Positions 50,174-64,000 of a stretch of DNA of 64,000 bases are shown here, piece after piece. The position numbers and the translations under genes are program-made. The notes beneath the pieces were generated by a model that worked only from the letters and a program-made list of their open reading frames with translations, did no database searches and was not told where the DNA came from. This DNA comes from Tubiluchus corallicola (Eukaryota; Animalia; Priapulida), in NCBI GenBank assembly GCA_030141605.1, contig JAQGDQ010000084.1, positions 625,681 to 689,680 of the forward strand, read 5' to 3'. How positions within the stretch are numbered: position 1 is the stretch's first letter; every line of letters begins with the position of its first letter.

Positions 50174-50421
50174 GTTGTTGTTGTTGTTGTTGTTGCTGTT
50201 GTTGCTGTTGTTGTTTTGTTGTTGTTGTTGTTGTTGTCACTGCTGTTACTGTTGCTTTTGTTGTTGTAACTGTTGTTACTGTTGCTTTTGTTGTTGTCAT
50301 TGACGCTATTGGTGTTGTCGTTGTAATTTTCATCGTCGTCATTGCCATTGCCATTGCCATTGTTGTTGTTGTTGTTGTCACAGCTGCTGTTGTTGTTTGT
50401 TGTTGTTGTCACTGCTGCTGC

Positions 50422-50466
<45 letters not shown>

Positions 50467-50978
50467 CACAGCTACTGTCGTCGTCGTCGTTGTTGTTGTT
50501 GTTGTCACAGTTACTGTCGTTGTTGTTGTTGTTGTTGTTGTCACAGCTACTGTCATCGTCGTTGTTGTTGTCGTCACAGCTACTGTCGTTGTTGTTGTTG
50601 TCACTGCTGCTGCTGTTGTTGTCGTCGTCATTGTTGTTGTTGTCACAGCTGCTGTCGTTGTTGCTGTTGTCACAGCTAGTGCCGTCATCGTTGTTGTTGT
50701 TGTCACAGCTGCTGTCGTTGTTGTTGTTGACGCAGCTAGTGTCGTTGTTGTTGTTGTCACAGCTGCTGTCGTTGTTGTTGTTGTCACAGCTAATGTCGTC
50801 GTCGTTGCTGTTGTTGTCAGAGCTACTGTCGTCGTCGTTGTTGTTGTTGTCACAGCTACTATCGTTGTTGTTGTTGTCATAGCTAGTGTCGTCATCGTTG
50901 TTGTTGTTGTCACAGCTAGTGTCGTCGTAGTCGTCGTCATCGTTGTTGTTTGATGTTTTTGTTGCTGTTGTTGTTGTT
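50174..50978. repeat. Degenerate (GTT)n microsatellite with higher-order gtcacagct(a/g)ctgtc units
   Basis: Directly visible; source of the poly-T/V/L ORFs. Confidence 0.92.
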
Positions 50979-51922
50979 AAGCAACAAACTGCTGATGTGA
51001 AATGTCAAAAGTTGTGTTGAGTCTTTGACGTCATTATCCAGGCACTGCTATTTCTACAACTAACCTCACGTCCGCGTCAATAGTTTTATTTTAAAAACTG
51101 TAACCATGTGTTTGGTCTTATATTTATACACTGTATAATCTCAGTGACATTCTTAGCTGCCATACAAGGTCAATGCAACGTTCGGTAACTACCAATATGT
51201 TTCAAGTCTGTTACTTGTATAGGATATCCCAGTAATGTAACAACCTGGCGTAAATGAAAGCTTATTCATTCCCTGCACATTATCAATCGTCTGTTGACTT
51301 GTGGGTGAACGAGGAATGTCCATAGGGTGTTTGGTTAGTAAAAATGAATAAAATATAATGGAACCTTGTGACAACACATCACTCCTCACACTTGACTATT
51401 ACTGCGTCACAGTGACACAACACACTCACCATTTCGTCACACGTTTCATTGGTCATTGTTTGCAAAAAAGTCGTTGGTTATTGCCTCAAAGGATTACGTT
51501 TTGGTCCACGGGTATTAACGTTGTTCGTCCACATTGTCCTTGGTCTCAGATGCCATCAATACGTCACAGACAGCAGCGGACCAACAATGGTTCGAGTCGG
51601 GTAACAATGTCAAGTTCCCGAATGAGCAAGAATAATATCACATACAGACGCCGACATCACACGACTCGTGGCGCCACTCTGCGTACTTTTTTCTGCAATA
51701 AACAATTATTTTTACCGACTTCGTAACAACCGACAAAGTTACACATTCAGCAATGCGTGGACATGAAACACACATTTAAATACATTCCTTTCTTCTCGTT
51801 TGGCTTCGCTTCCGTTTCCGCACTTTCGTTTCATTCTCGATTTTAATTTTCTAGTTGCCTGACCAGTCCTTTCGTCTAGTTAATTTTGTGCATAATGAAT
51901 TCACATTCTTATCCCTAGTTTT

Positions 51923-52870
<948 letters not shown>

Positions 52871-52954
52871 CTCTTTCTCCATTTCTCTTTTCATCACCTG
52901 CCTTGTTCCTGGACTTTGATCTTCTGCTTATGTTCTGAATACTTAGTTACTGCT

Positions 52955-53109
52955 TATGAACTGAAGTTACTGAATTGATAAAGCAGCCGGGTTTGCTTTA
53001 CCCGCATGTCAAGTGGCTGTTGTAGTTAAGACGCGTTGCTGTGGTACACTTAACCTTTGACCTACAGCAAGTGCGCGTGCGCAAAACGAAACTGCGAAAA
53101 GGCTTATTA
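52955..53109. mobile_element. Right half of MITE family A
   Basis: gtagttaagacgcgttgctgtggtacacttaacctttgacc...aaaaggcttatta. Confidence 0.75.
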
Positions 53110-53802
53110 GGACAAAGGTGGCAAATATTACAGATTTGTGAGAATTAATTTCACACATCTCTGACGTGCTGCTTTAAACACAAGTAATTTCAAATGCTAA
53201 TTATGACAGTAAAGACAAAAAACTAAAATTCAATACAACAACCATAATCCAGAAAATGACAAACTACATTTAGGAATGAAATCCATACGTCTACACTCAC
53301 TGGGGCGCTGGTTGTTAAGTTTCTAATTATTATTTAACTCGAATAAAACCGGACAGAAAAAATACAAAATGCAATATATTGACCACTAGCACGTCATTCA
53401 GCTGTACAGTCTGTTAAACTAGACATTTTTTAAACGTTTTTATTTTGATTTTTATTACTAATTTCGTTGCACACCACGCCTCAAACTGTTCACATTGCAC
53501 TAATTCATGAAATATATAGACGGATTACAGAAACGTTAAAAACATCAAGATTTCGGTTTGATTGTCAAAAACGATACGTCAGACTGCTTATACTGCCTGT
53601 TGCATTAACGCCCCAGCAGTTGGAGTTTCAAAATGTCTGTTTCCAAATTTAAGTTACGTCACATTACATTAAAATAAGGAGTAGAAGAGAGAGAGATGAT
53701 AACGTTTGCACCCAGAGATTCACAATCGATTAAACGCAGGCGCTCTTTCCTCCCCCGCTTCGTCCCTCTTCCCTTATTTTAATCTAATGTGACTTATAGT
53801 TG

Positions 53803-53917
53803 TTATACTTGAGCTTCTGGATCGGTGGAATCTTCCTGAAAGGAATCCCGTATTTGCGTCATGTGATTAGCTATGATGTAACCATAAAATTTGTTATACC
53901 ATTCCACAGATCTTCCC
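53803..53917 (-). CDS. STARD13: DLC1/STARD13-like RhoGAP-START gene, last exon (GRSVEWYNKFYG..IRDSFQEDSTDPEAQV*)
   Basis: START-domain C-terminus (cf. G..PEWY.K.FGH..IRDSF); cag acceptor, phase 2. Confidence 0.88.
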
Positions 53918-54002
53918 CTGTAACAGCACAACATGTAACGCGTTACAACACGCATAAACACCAGGAGAACACAAGCAGTGTTAAATTTTTCATGCATTTC
54001 TG

Positions 54003-54492
54003 TTAAAGGAAAAGTTAACACTTCTGAGCAGTTGGTCTTATTTTCAATAATTGCGAAAAATGTTAAAACGACTTTGTGATAAGTATGTGATAAGTGTCTT
54101 GTGTAATCACTTTAAAGCGATTCTTCCACCAATGACGTCACTAGACGGTCAAAGAAAAGCAGCACATTGTCTATTTCTGTTAAAAGTATAACAAACTTTT
54201 ACAAAAATTAGATACGTAGTTTTGTGACATTTTTGCATTAGATGAGCTACAGAAGGTTGAATTAGTATACAGAGATTGCTTACGGAAAGCCACGATACAC
54301 TTTCCAAAAGTCACTAGTTATGTTATAATTTTCAAGCGAATGGCGGCTACCACCGCGCCCGAAAATTTCTATACAGCCGTAGTACGGATTGACTTTGTGC
54401 TTTATAGACAGTTTTGGTGCAAATTTCTTCTTCACATTTTTCTATAACAGTAAAATACACTCAACAGGCTGAGTGACTTGGCTTTCCTTTAA
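54003..54492. mobile_element. Kolobok/T2-like MITE family B
   Basis: ttaaaggaaa ... tttcctttaa; homologous to 20469-21029. Confidence 0.8.
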
Positions 54493-54604
54493 ACAGTTTT
54501 AGGAAGAGGAATGTTTTTAGATTAGACGATTATAAAAATTACTGGCTTTAAAAGTAATAACTTTTTTTAGAGAAGAAAGAATTTAACACACACACACACA
54601 CACA

Positions 54605-54636
<32 letters not shown>

Positions 54637-54964
54637 CACACACACATGTATATACAAATATATACACATATATATGTATGTGTTGTTTATTAGACCCTTT
54701 CTTCTCTAAAAAAAAGTTATACATGTGTGCGTGCGTGCATGCATGTGTGTATATAATGACTGTGGCTGGCATACGTGAATAAATGTTTGATTCCACAGTA
54801 CAGGAGCAGCAAATGGATGAGATTGATCATCCTCCAGGAGTGACTAGTTTTATTTTAGGTTGGACCAGGTTCATTGAATTTGCTCAACTCAAACTACATT
54901 GTGAAATTAACTCACGAAGATAACCGGAAATAAAAGTGCAGAGTAAAGGATTTATCAAACTCAC

Positions 54965-55141
54965 TTAGTATCGATCCTACAAATGTGTGTTACTTTGCAT
55001 TTGTCCTCTCCAATGGGTTCAAATAGGTATCGTGATGCTAGAACAATTCCTCTGACTTGTCCTCGTGATGTAGCTTGAGGATGTTTCACTGATGTTATTA
55101 TTGCTACGCAAGCACCTTTTGGGACGTCTGTTCTCCACGAC
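54965..55141 (-). CDS. STARD13: DLC1/STARD13-like exon (SWRTDVPKGACV..LASRYLFEPIG..THICRIDT)
   Basis: START-domain homology; tag acceptor, gtgag donor, phases consistent. Confidence 0.92.
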
Positions 55142-55190
55142 CTAGATAAATAGTAGCAAGAATATACTTTTGAGTTTGGGCAATATTCAG

Positions 55191-55586
55191 TAGGTCGGTC
55201 GATCGGTCGGTCGGTCGGTCAGTCAGTCAGTCAGTCAGTTAGTCAGTCGGTCGGTCAGTCAGTCAGGCAGGCGGGCAGTCAAGCAGTCAATCAGTCAGTC
55301 AGTCAGTCAGTCAGTCAGTCAGTCAGTCAGTCAGTCAGTCAGTCAGTCAGTCAGTCAGTCAGTCAGTCAGTCAGTCAGTCAGTCGGTCGGTCGGTCAGTC
55401 AGTCAGGCAGGCAGGCGGGCAGTCAAGCAGTCAATCAGTCAATCAGTCAGTCAGTCAGTCAGTCAGTCAGTCAGTCAGTCAGTCAGTCAGTCAGTCAGTC
55501 AGTCAGTCAGTCAGTCAGTCAGTCAGTCAGTCAGCCAGTCAGTCAGTCAGTCAGTCAGTCAGTCAGCCAGCCAGTCAGTCAGTCAA
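55191..55586. repeat. (CAGT)n microsatellite
   Basis: Directly visible. Confidence 0.97.
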
Positions 55587-55772
55587 GCAATTAGGTGGCT
55601 GTTTGTCAGTTGGTCTTATTAGCCAATTAGTTTGTTAAAGAACCAGCTAGTTATTTAGTCTGACAAGCCCTAACTCAATATCGTCTGATGGACCATGACA
55701 CTGGGTGGGTGGCTGGAATAACTTAACCAGGTCTGTCGAGCGATTGATTAATCGGCTAATTATTAAACATAC

Positions 55773-55898
55773 CTAAGTACGCAGTAGTCTCGAGTCAGAT
55801 GTGGTGCAATACCATTGAGAGTGTATTGAAATACTTCTGTACGCTTATCAAGCTTTTCTAACAACCTTGATTTCGCGAAGTTGTGGTCCCACAGTTCC
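55773..55898 (-). CDS. STARD13: DLC1/STARD13-like exon (ELWDHNFAKSRLLEKLDKRTEVFQY..APHLTRDYCVLR)
   Basis: START-domain homology; tttcag acceptor, gtatgt donor. Confidence 0.92.
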
Positions 55899-56396
55899 CT
55901 GAAAGCAGAGAAATTGATAAGCAGATGTGTTAAGTTGTGACGTAGTGCACGCACTCGATAGTTCTTGCGTGAACACAGTTTGCAATTTGGTTCTTAAAGT
56001 TAAAATATAAGAACATTTGTTCAGTTGTGACGTAGTGCACGCGCTCGACAGCTCTTGCGTAAACACAGTTTAAATTTTAAACTTAAAATTTGCCTTGTTT
56101 TTTGTGTGCCACACTGAATATTAAACAGTAACACTGCACTTCAGTTTTCACTTTCTGAACACATGCAACGTGCTCGTGGAATGTTTATGCTGTTGCAAAT
56201 TATGTTCAGTTGTGATGTCATCACTAGCTTGGATCTCCGGCCGTAAAGAAAGTTGTTAATCTATTATTTTGTCAGCCGAATCACTTTGACACTATTATGA
56301 GAGTTAAAACGTATATTTTTTACCGCACTTCAAAATGAGTTAGCATATGAAAAATCGTCCTGTTTTCCTTTAATTATTATGACATGGTATTAATAC

Positions 56397-56560
56397 CTTT
56401 CACGCAAAACTCTGTGAAGAACTTCCAGTGGGGGCGCATCGACTTCAACTGAATATTTCCACAGTTTCAATGGATAACCATCTGAGAGTTTCTTATACGA
56501 TAAGTCAGTGATCTTATTTGCTCCTACAGAAATCCAACCCTTGAACTTCTCACGTGACTC
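56397..56560 (-). CDS. STARD13: DLC1/STARD13-like exon (ESREKFKGWIS..LSYKKLSDGYPLKLWK..VLRER)
   Basis: Start of START domain; ttttgcag acceptor, gtatta donor. Confidence 0.93.
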
Positions 56561-56771
56561 CTGCAAAATAAACACAGATTCCCCTCATTTCATGTTCCCT
56601 TCAATGGCAGGTGTGGTTCTTGAAATTATGCTTTTTACGACTTTTGCTGACGTTTCACAAACACCAAGAAATTTTGCTCTAAATTTTAATGTGGTTGATT
56701 TCACGACAGCCCCTTGGTAGTCATGGCAACGTCTAAGAGAGGAAGATACTGCGTCTATTTGTAATTTCTGC

Positions 56772-57163
56772 TAATAAGCATTTTTGTGATTGTCCTGGCG
56801 ATTGATGATGCTCGTGAAAAGGTCAAAGGTTAAGTGTACCAGACAACGCATTTGTGTACACTTGACAACGCCTCGCAGCCCATGCTATTGCAATAGAAAC
56901 AGTTTTAACAGCTAGGTAGAACCTTACCTAGTTCATTTTTTCTTGTTCCAAAGCAAGATCCTGCTAGTAAATCACTCTACGTACAAACTAATGCATAATT
57001 AAGTAAAATCCATATAAGCCAATTGAAGTAAGTGATGTGGCAGATGGCTTTGCTTTACCCACATGTCACGTGACGGTTGTAGTTAAGACACGTTGCTGTG
57101 GTACACTTAACGTTTGACGTACAGCAATTGCGCGTGCGCACAACGAATCTGTGAAAAGGCTTC
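56772..57163. mobile_element. MITE family A
   Basis: Full-length match to 27056-27455. Confidence 0.8.
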
Positions 57164-57392
57164 ATTCTCCATTGAAATATTGAAGCCTACTTAATTTTTC
57201 ATTCACACAGTTGCCATCGTAGACTGATTATGACGTAGATTGTTCATTGTTTCTGAGGCAGATGATTATGACGTAGATTGTTTATTGTTTCTGAGGCAGA
57301 ATGCTGTATGAAATTGAAAGTACTTTAATACACGAAGAAAATGTCATTCACATAAAATGATAGAAAAAGAGTAACAAAAATTAAAAGCATAC

Positions 57393-57524
57393 CTTTATCG
57401 TGCTGTTGATGCAAGCATTAATGTAACTGTTGTAACCTCCACTTAAACCAAATTCATCTGTTCCGGCAATATTCAGTTGCTCTAGACTGGGCAGTCGGTA
57501 GACTGACGCAGGTGCTTCCGGCAA
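57393..57524 (-). CDS. STARD13: DLC1/STARD13-like linker exon (LPEAPASVYRLPSLEQL..YINACINSTIK)
   Basis: ttttattttggcag acceptor, gtatgc donor, 132 nt phase 0-0; fits between the GAP and START exons. Confidence 0.85.
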
Positions 57525-57721
57525 CTGCCAAAATAAAAGCAAAATATTTCATAACAGACGGCAACAATGGCAAATACCGCACATCGCGTACGTTGGGTTA
57601 ACATTGTGAAAGCAAAGTCTATTGAGAGGAAGTGACGAAACGCGCCTATATCCACCATAGTTTCACTTCTGCGATATACCTATAACGGGTACGGCAAATT
57701 GGGAATATGGCGATAAATTAC

Positions 57722-58184
<463 letters not shown>

Positions 58185-58287
58185 GGAAGAATTCCCGGCC
58201 GTCAAAAAAGCACTTTAATCTGGAATCTGGATCAATCGATATGGACTAATCACGTATTTACACAAAAATTGTCAAAAGATTGATTAC

Positions 58288-58482
58288 CATGAACAGGTTA
58301 TGGTAGCGTTCGATCATAGTGGCCAGGCATTCGCAGGCTGCTTCATTCTCGTTCAGTTCACTTATGAAAGACAGATCCCTTCTTGGTCCACCTTTGGCAC
58401 GCTTGATGTTGAGAGAACCGCTCTTGGCGTTCAGGTGAAAAAGGGAAGGTGCTAAACAGACTGCTAGATTGTGCGACGTCAT
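58288..58482 (-). CDS. STARD13: DLC1/STARD13-like RhoGAP C-terminal exon (MTSHNLAVCLAPSLFHL..ELNENEAACECLATMI)
   Basis: Hallmark NLAVCLAPSLFHL; 195 nt phase 0-0. Confidence 0.95.
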
Positions 58483-59048
58483 CTATATAATTAGAGTAAC
58501 GACCAAATATAGATAAGCCGTGGCACAAAAACCGAATGAATTCTTGCCTGTAAAACTAGCAATGTATAATATAATAGGTGTGTTTTCTATCGCTCACTTT
58601 TAATGAAAATCATTTTCACCCATTTTGGTAAAACTCACGGAAATTGAAAATCACATTTTCGATTAACCACAAATGAAGCCGGCGAAGCCAGTTCTTGTCA
58701 TTTTCGCTTTCACACTCAACGTTGTGGTGATTCAATCCCCTTCCGGACTCAAACTATTCCGAAAATGCCGAAAATCTATCCAGATTAAAACTATTTATTG
58801 CTTTTTGCAAAATGTCGGAAGGGGCGGAAAACAAAATGGCGAAATTTGTATTTCGAACTGAAATTTAGTTTTCTTAGTTTAGAATGCAAATTCGAGAATT
58901 GCAAGAGAAATTGGTCCAAGATTGTTTGTAAATGTAAATGTATTTGTTTGTAAACAGATGTGAAGCATACAAAAAAGCATCGTTACTTTTTAGTTTTTGC
59001 TTTATTTACTTTTTCACGATAAAATGTTATTTGTCTTGATAAATCGCT

Positions 59049-59103
59049 AACAACAACAACAACAACAATAACATCAACAACAACAACAAAGACAACAACA
59101 AAG

Positions 59104-59186
<83 letters not shown>

Positions 59187-59210
59187 AACAACAACAACAA
59201 CAACATCAAC
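59049..59210. repeat. (AAC)n microsatellite
   Basis: Directly visible. Confidence 0.95.
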
Positions 59211-59389
59211 AAGATTTTGCCTGTACAATTTATTATTGTTGACTTACTTAAATTAGGGGTGGCTCGACTTGGCAACCGTTTGGTTTTTCGCCACCCCGTC
59301 TTTGTGTGTATATTATATTACATAATCGTATGTACTGTAATGTAATATGACCAATGAGACAAATAAAAGTATCAATAGATAGATTTCTT

Positions 59390-59655
59390 AATTGATTTAT
59401 TGATTTATTGATTGAATGAATGGTTGTTTGATTGATTTATTCATTGACTGTTTGATTGATTGATTGATTCATTCATTCATTCATTGTTTGATTGGTTGAC
59501 TGTTTCATTGATTGATTGATTGTTTGACTGATTGTTTCATTGATTGATTGATTGATTGACTGATTTATTGATTGATTCATTCATTCATTCACTCATTAAT
59601 TGACAGATTCATTCACTCATTGATTGATTGATTGATTGACTGACTGATTGATTAG
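59390..59655. repeat. Degenerate (ATTG)n/(ATTC)n microsatellite
   Basis: Directly visible. Confidence 0.9.
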
Positions 59656-59844
59656 TCAAACTATCACAATTGGTGGAAAGTGATTTTTTATATTGATTAG
59701 AAAACAACAAAACACAAAGATACTAATTAAGCTCACACACTTTTTCATCAGTTACACAGAGCAATTATATGCAAAAACAGTTAACAATACGAAGGACACG
59801 GACGGTGAAAGGGATCCGCATCTTACCTGGAACTAAAACAATCA

Positions 59845-59860
59845 CGTTACCATGGTAACG
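59845..59860. promoter_or_regulatory. Perfect palindromic RFX X-box
   Basis: cGTTACCATGGTAACg, a 16-bp palindrome matching the GTTRCCATGGYAAC consensus. Confidence 0.6.
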
Positions 59861-60637
59861 GCACAATAAAACGAACAATGACGCAAATATCCGACATCAT
59901 TTTTCTCAGAAATCATTCTGCCTCAACGAACAATTAGGAATCAGCAGCTACTCACCCACTGGTTACTCACCACCTACCAGTGGAACCTCTAACCTCTTGA
60001 AGTCTGTCTGGCATTCGAGGAACCTCTAATCATCACTCCTTTTCTGTCCGTTAGGGCGCGCTGCCAAAACTATTACGCTGCATCCTCTATCAAAACAACT
60101 TTTGCTGGCCAGAAAAATTATTAGGAGAGAAAAATTAATCAGCAAGATAATTTATACCCAAATATGGAAAAATTTGTTGCGTTACCACTCGTCCTCTCCT
60201 CAAACCGTCTCTCACAAACAAATTTAGCGATCCTACAAAATGTTTTCAAGAAAAATTGATCGTGAATTTAAAGGCTATCCGTACAATAAAATATCAAAGC
60301 AAACTCTACAATTAAACTCGAAATAATCGAATAACTACTGACGCTCTTTTAATGTTATGTACGACGATGATCGTGCTCTATTATTTACGAGTGCTAACGC
60401 TTAATGCCAGAAATGGGTGTGGCTTGGCCAGCAAGAGCGTATTCACAACACAGCAACTGATTTACACCGCCTCATCTGTAGATATCCCACTCATCTTACA
60501 AAAAGTTCTTAATGTGATTTCTACAAATGAAAAGAAATAAATCAGATGCAGTTTTGTCAACACCATGTCAACCACATCAGCCTTCTTTCTGGTATTTAGC
60601 CGAACACTCAATCAAAGACGAACCGATTGACACAGGA

Positions 60638-62545
<1,908 letters not shown>

Positions 62546-62841
62546 TGCTTTGTTAATTTTTCAACAAGGCAGAAATGATTTCCTCGTCGTCCATTTCAAT
62601 TAACATCACTTTAAAGGATCACGGAGAATCAGAAAAAGTTCAATCAGAACAAACTGGAACAATCTGGCCCCTGTCCTGATAAACCGACCATCCCATTAAG
62701 TGTGCAAGTGAAAGAAATGAATGAGATGTAATGTTTTAAGTGCCACCTAACCGAATAATAATACATATGATTACAAACTAAACTACATTAGCAAACAGAT
62801 ACCGATTGTAAAAACGGCATTTGTTATATACATCCCACTAC

Positions 62842-62972
62842 CTGATTTTTCTCGCAGTTCTGAGCTACATCACTAAACAGATTCAGCAGTGTTTGAAGGA
62901 CTTCTCTATTTTCGTCCGGTAGTAAAATGACAGCTAGTTGTATGGCTTCATTACGGTGTTGTCTGGGCAAGC
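62842..62972 (-). CDS. STARD13: DLC1/STARD13-like RhoGAP exon (LPRQHRNEAIQLAVILLPDENREVLQTLL..EKNQ); gene continues beyond the window
   Basis: Hallmark LLPDENREVLQTLL; tatag acceptor, CAG|gtagt donor. Not in the ORF track. Confidence 0.95.
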
Positions 62973-62980
62973 CTATAAAG

Positions 62981-63559
62981 TTAAAGGAAAAGATATTGGG
63001 TTTATTTTACATTTACTACTTAAACTTAGAAAAATATAACAAAGATATAAAAAAATTGTTTACAGAGCGTATACTGTTAATTTTATAGAAATTTTTAGGT
63101 ATAGTGGTAGCCGCCATTTTCTTGAAAACTGTGACGTAACTGCTGGACTTATTGGCTTTTCGTAAGTGTGCGCTGCTTTAACCAATTCAAACATCTGTAG
63201 CTTGTCTAACGTTCATGCAAAAATATCACAAATTTGCTTTCTAATTGTTTTGTTAAAACAATTTCTACTTGTTTTGCAAATTATTACAAAAGTGTTACAG
63301 AATTAACTATGCAGTTTTTTTTTTATAAAAACGTAATGTACTTTTCATGAAGCTTGACAGTGCGCTACTTTTCTTCAAAACGAGTGACGTCATCGGAAGA
63401 AGAATGGACATTGAAAATGGGAGCGTCCAAGCATGAAGTGATTGCGACTTTAAAGTGATTTTACTAATAACACCAGGCGCTTATCACACTTCTGTTACTG
63501 AATTTTTCGTGAACATTGAAACAAGGCTAACTTCCCAGAAAGCTTAATCTTTTTATTAA
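62981..63559. mobile_element. Kolobok/T2-like MITE family B (reverse), with a further partial end at ~63840-63938
   Basis: ttaaaggaaa terminus; reverse-complement match to 20469-21029. Confidence 0.75.
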
Positions 63560-64000
63560 CATAGTCATGAGTATACTTGTACAGAAACGAGAGCCTATGG
63601 GTGGAAAGCTTGTTAGTGAAGGCGTAGTAGACATTCTTACTGTGTGACTCATTTGCTGTTTCCTTGGATAAAATAATGCCTTGCACCCAAAGATGTTTGT
63701 TGTTTGAGTTTCTAACCCGTGATTTAAAGTACTGTACATAAGAGCGGAGTCAAGCAGGGTTGTGTTCTTGCGCCAACCTTATTTTCCTTCTTACTCAGAC
63801 ATGCCTTCAATAATATTCCACAAGGCATTTTTTACATACTAGATTGCGCTTATTGCAGATTAATTACTAAATCCTTCTAACAGTTTTCGTGAACATTAAA
63901 TAAACCTAACTTCCCATAAGGCTTGACCTTTACTTTAAAAAACGTTACTTTTGACACTTCTTTTACGACGTTAAAAAGCAGGGGACAAAATTAAGTGCTT

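Noticed and set aside
50119-50953. Mucin-like Thr-rich ORF (and poly-Val/Leu ORFs)
   Set aside because: Translation of degenerate (AAC/GTT)n; it shifts from Thr to Asn runs at an indel near 50400; no signal peptide or convincing splice partners.

Overview
Eukaryotic, AT-rich, repeat-rich genomic DNA from an invertebrate-type animal (species not determinable); most entries in the ORF track are spurious. Supported genes: on the minus strand, three-exon DPH3 (29686-19850), then 326 nt later a fully intronless CAMSAP/Patronin (19523-14982), a decayed PCYOX1-like remnant (~11827-11029) and an intronless MFSD3 CDS (7950-6691). On the plus strand, a CTR1/SLC31A1 copper transporter (29926-33120) sits head-to-head with DPH3 across 239 bp. 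Seven 3' exons of a DLC1/STARD13-type RhoGAP-START gene lie on the minus strand (62972-53803), and two exons of an unidentified plus-strand gene at 2069-3079. The rest is MITE families (Kolobok-, pogo-, hAT- and Harbinger-like), an RTE LINE fragment, a tRNA-derived SINE, and mini/microsatellites. The most interesting signal is the co-oriented train DPH3 > CAMSAP > (decayed genes) > MFSD3. The leading gene keeps ancestral introns, the followers are intronless, and poly(A)-signal/splice-acceptor pairs about 100 nt apart sit at the junctions. This suggests an operon-like unit built from retrocopies and possibly resolved by SL trans-splicing; it is an inference that needs RNA data. Homologue comparisons are from recalled sequences, not database searches.
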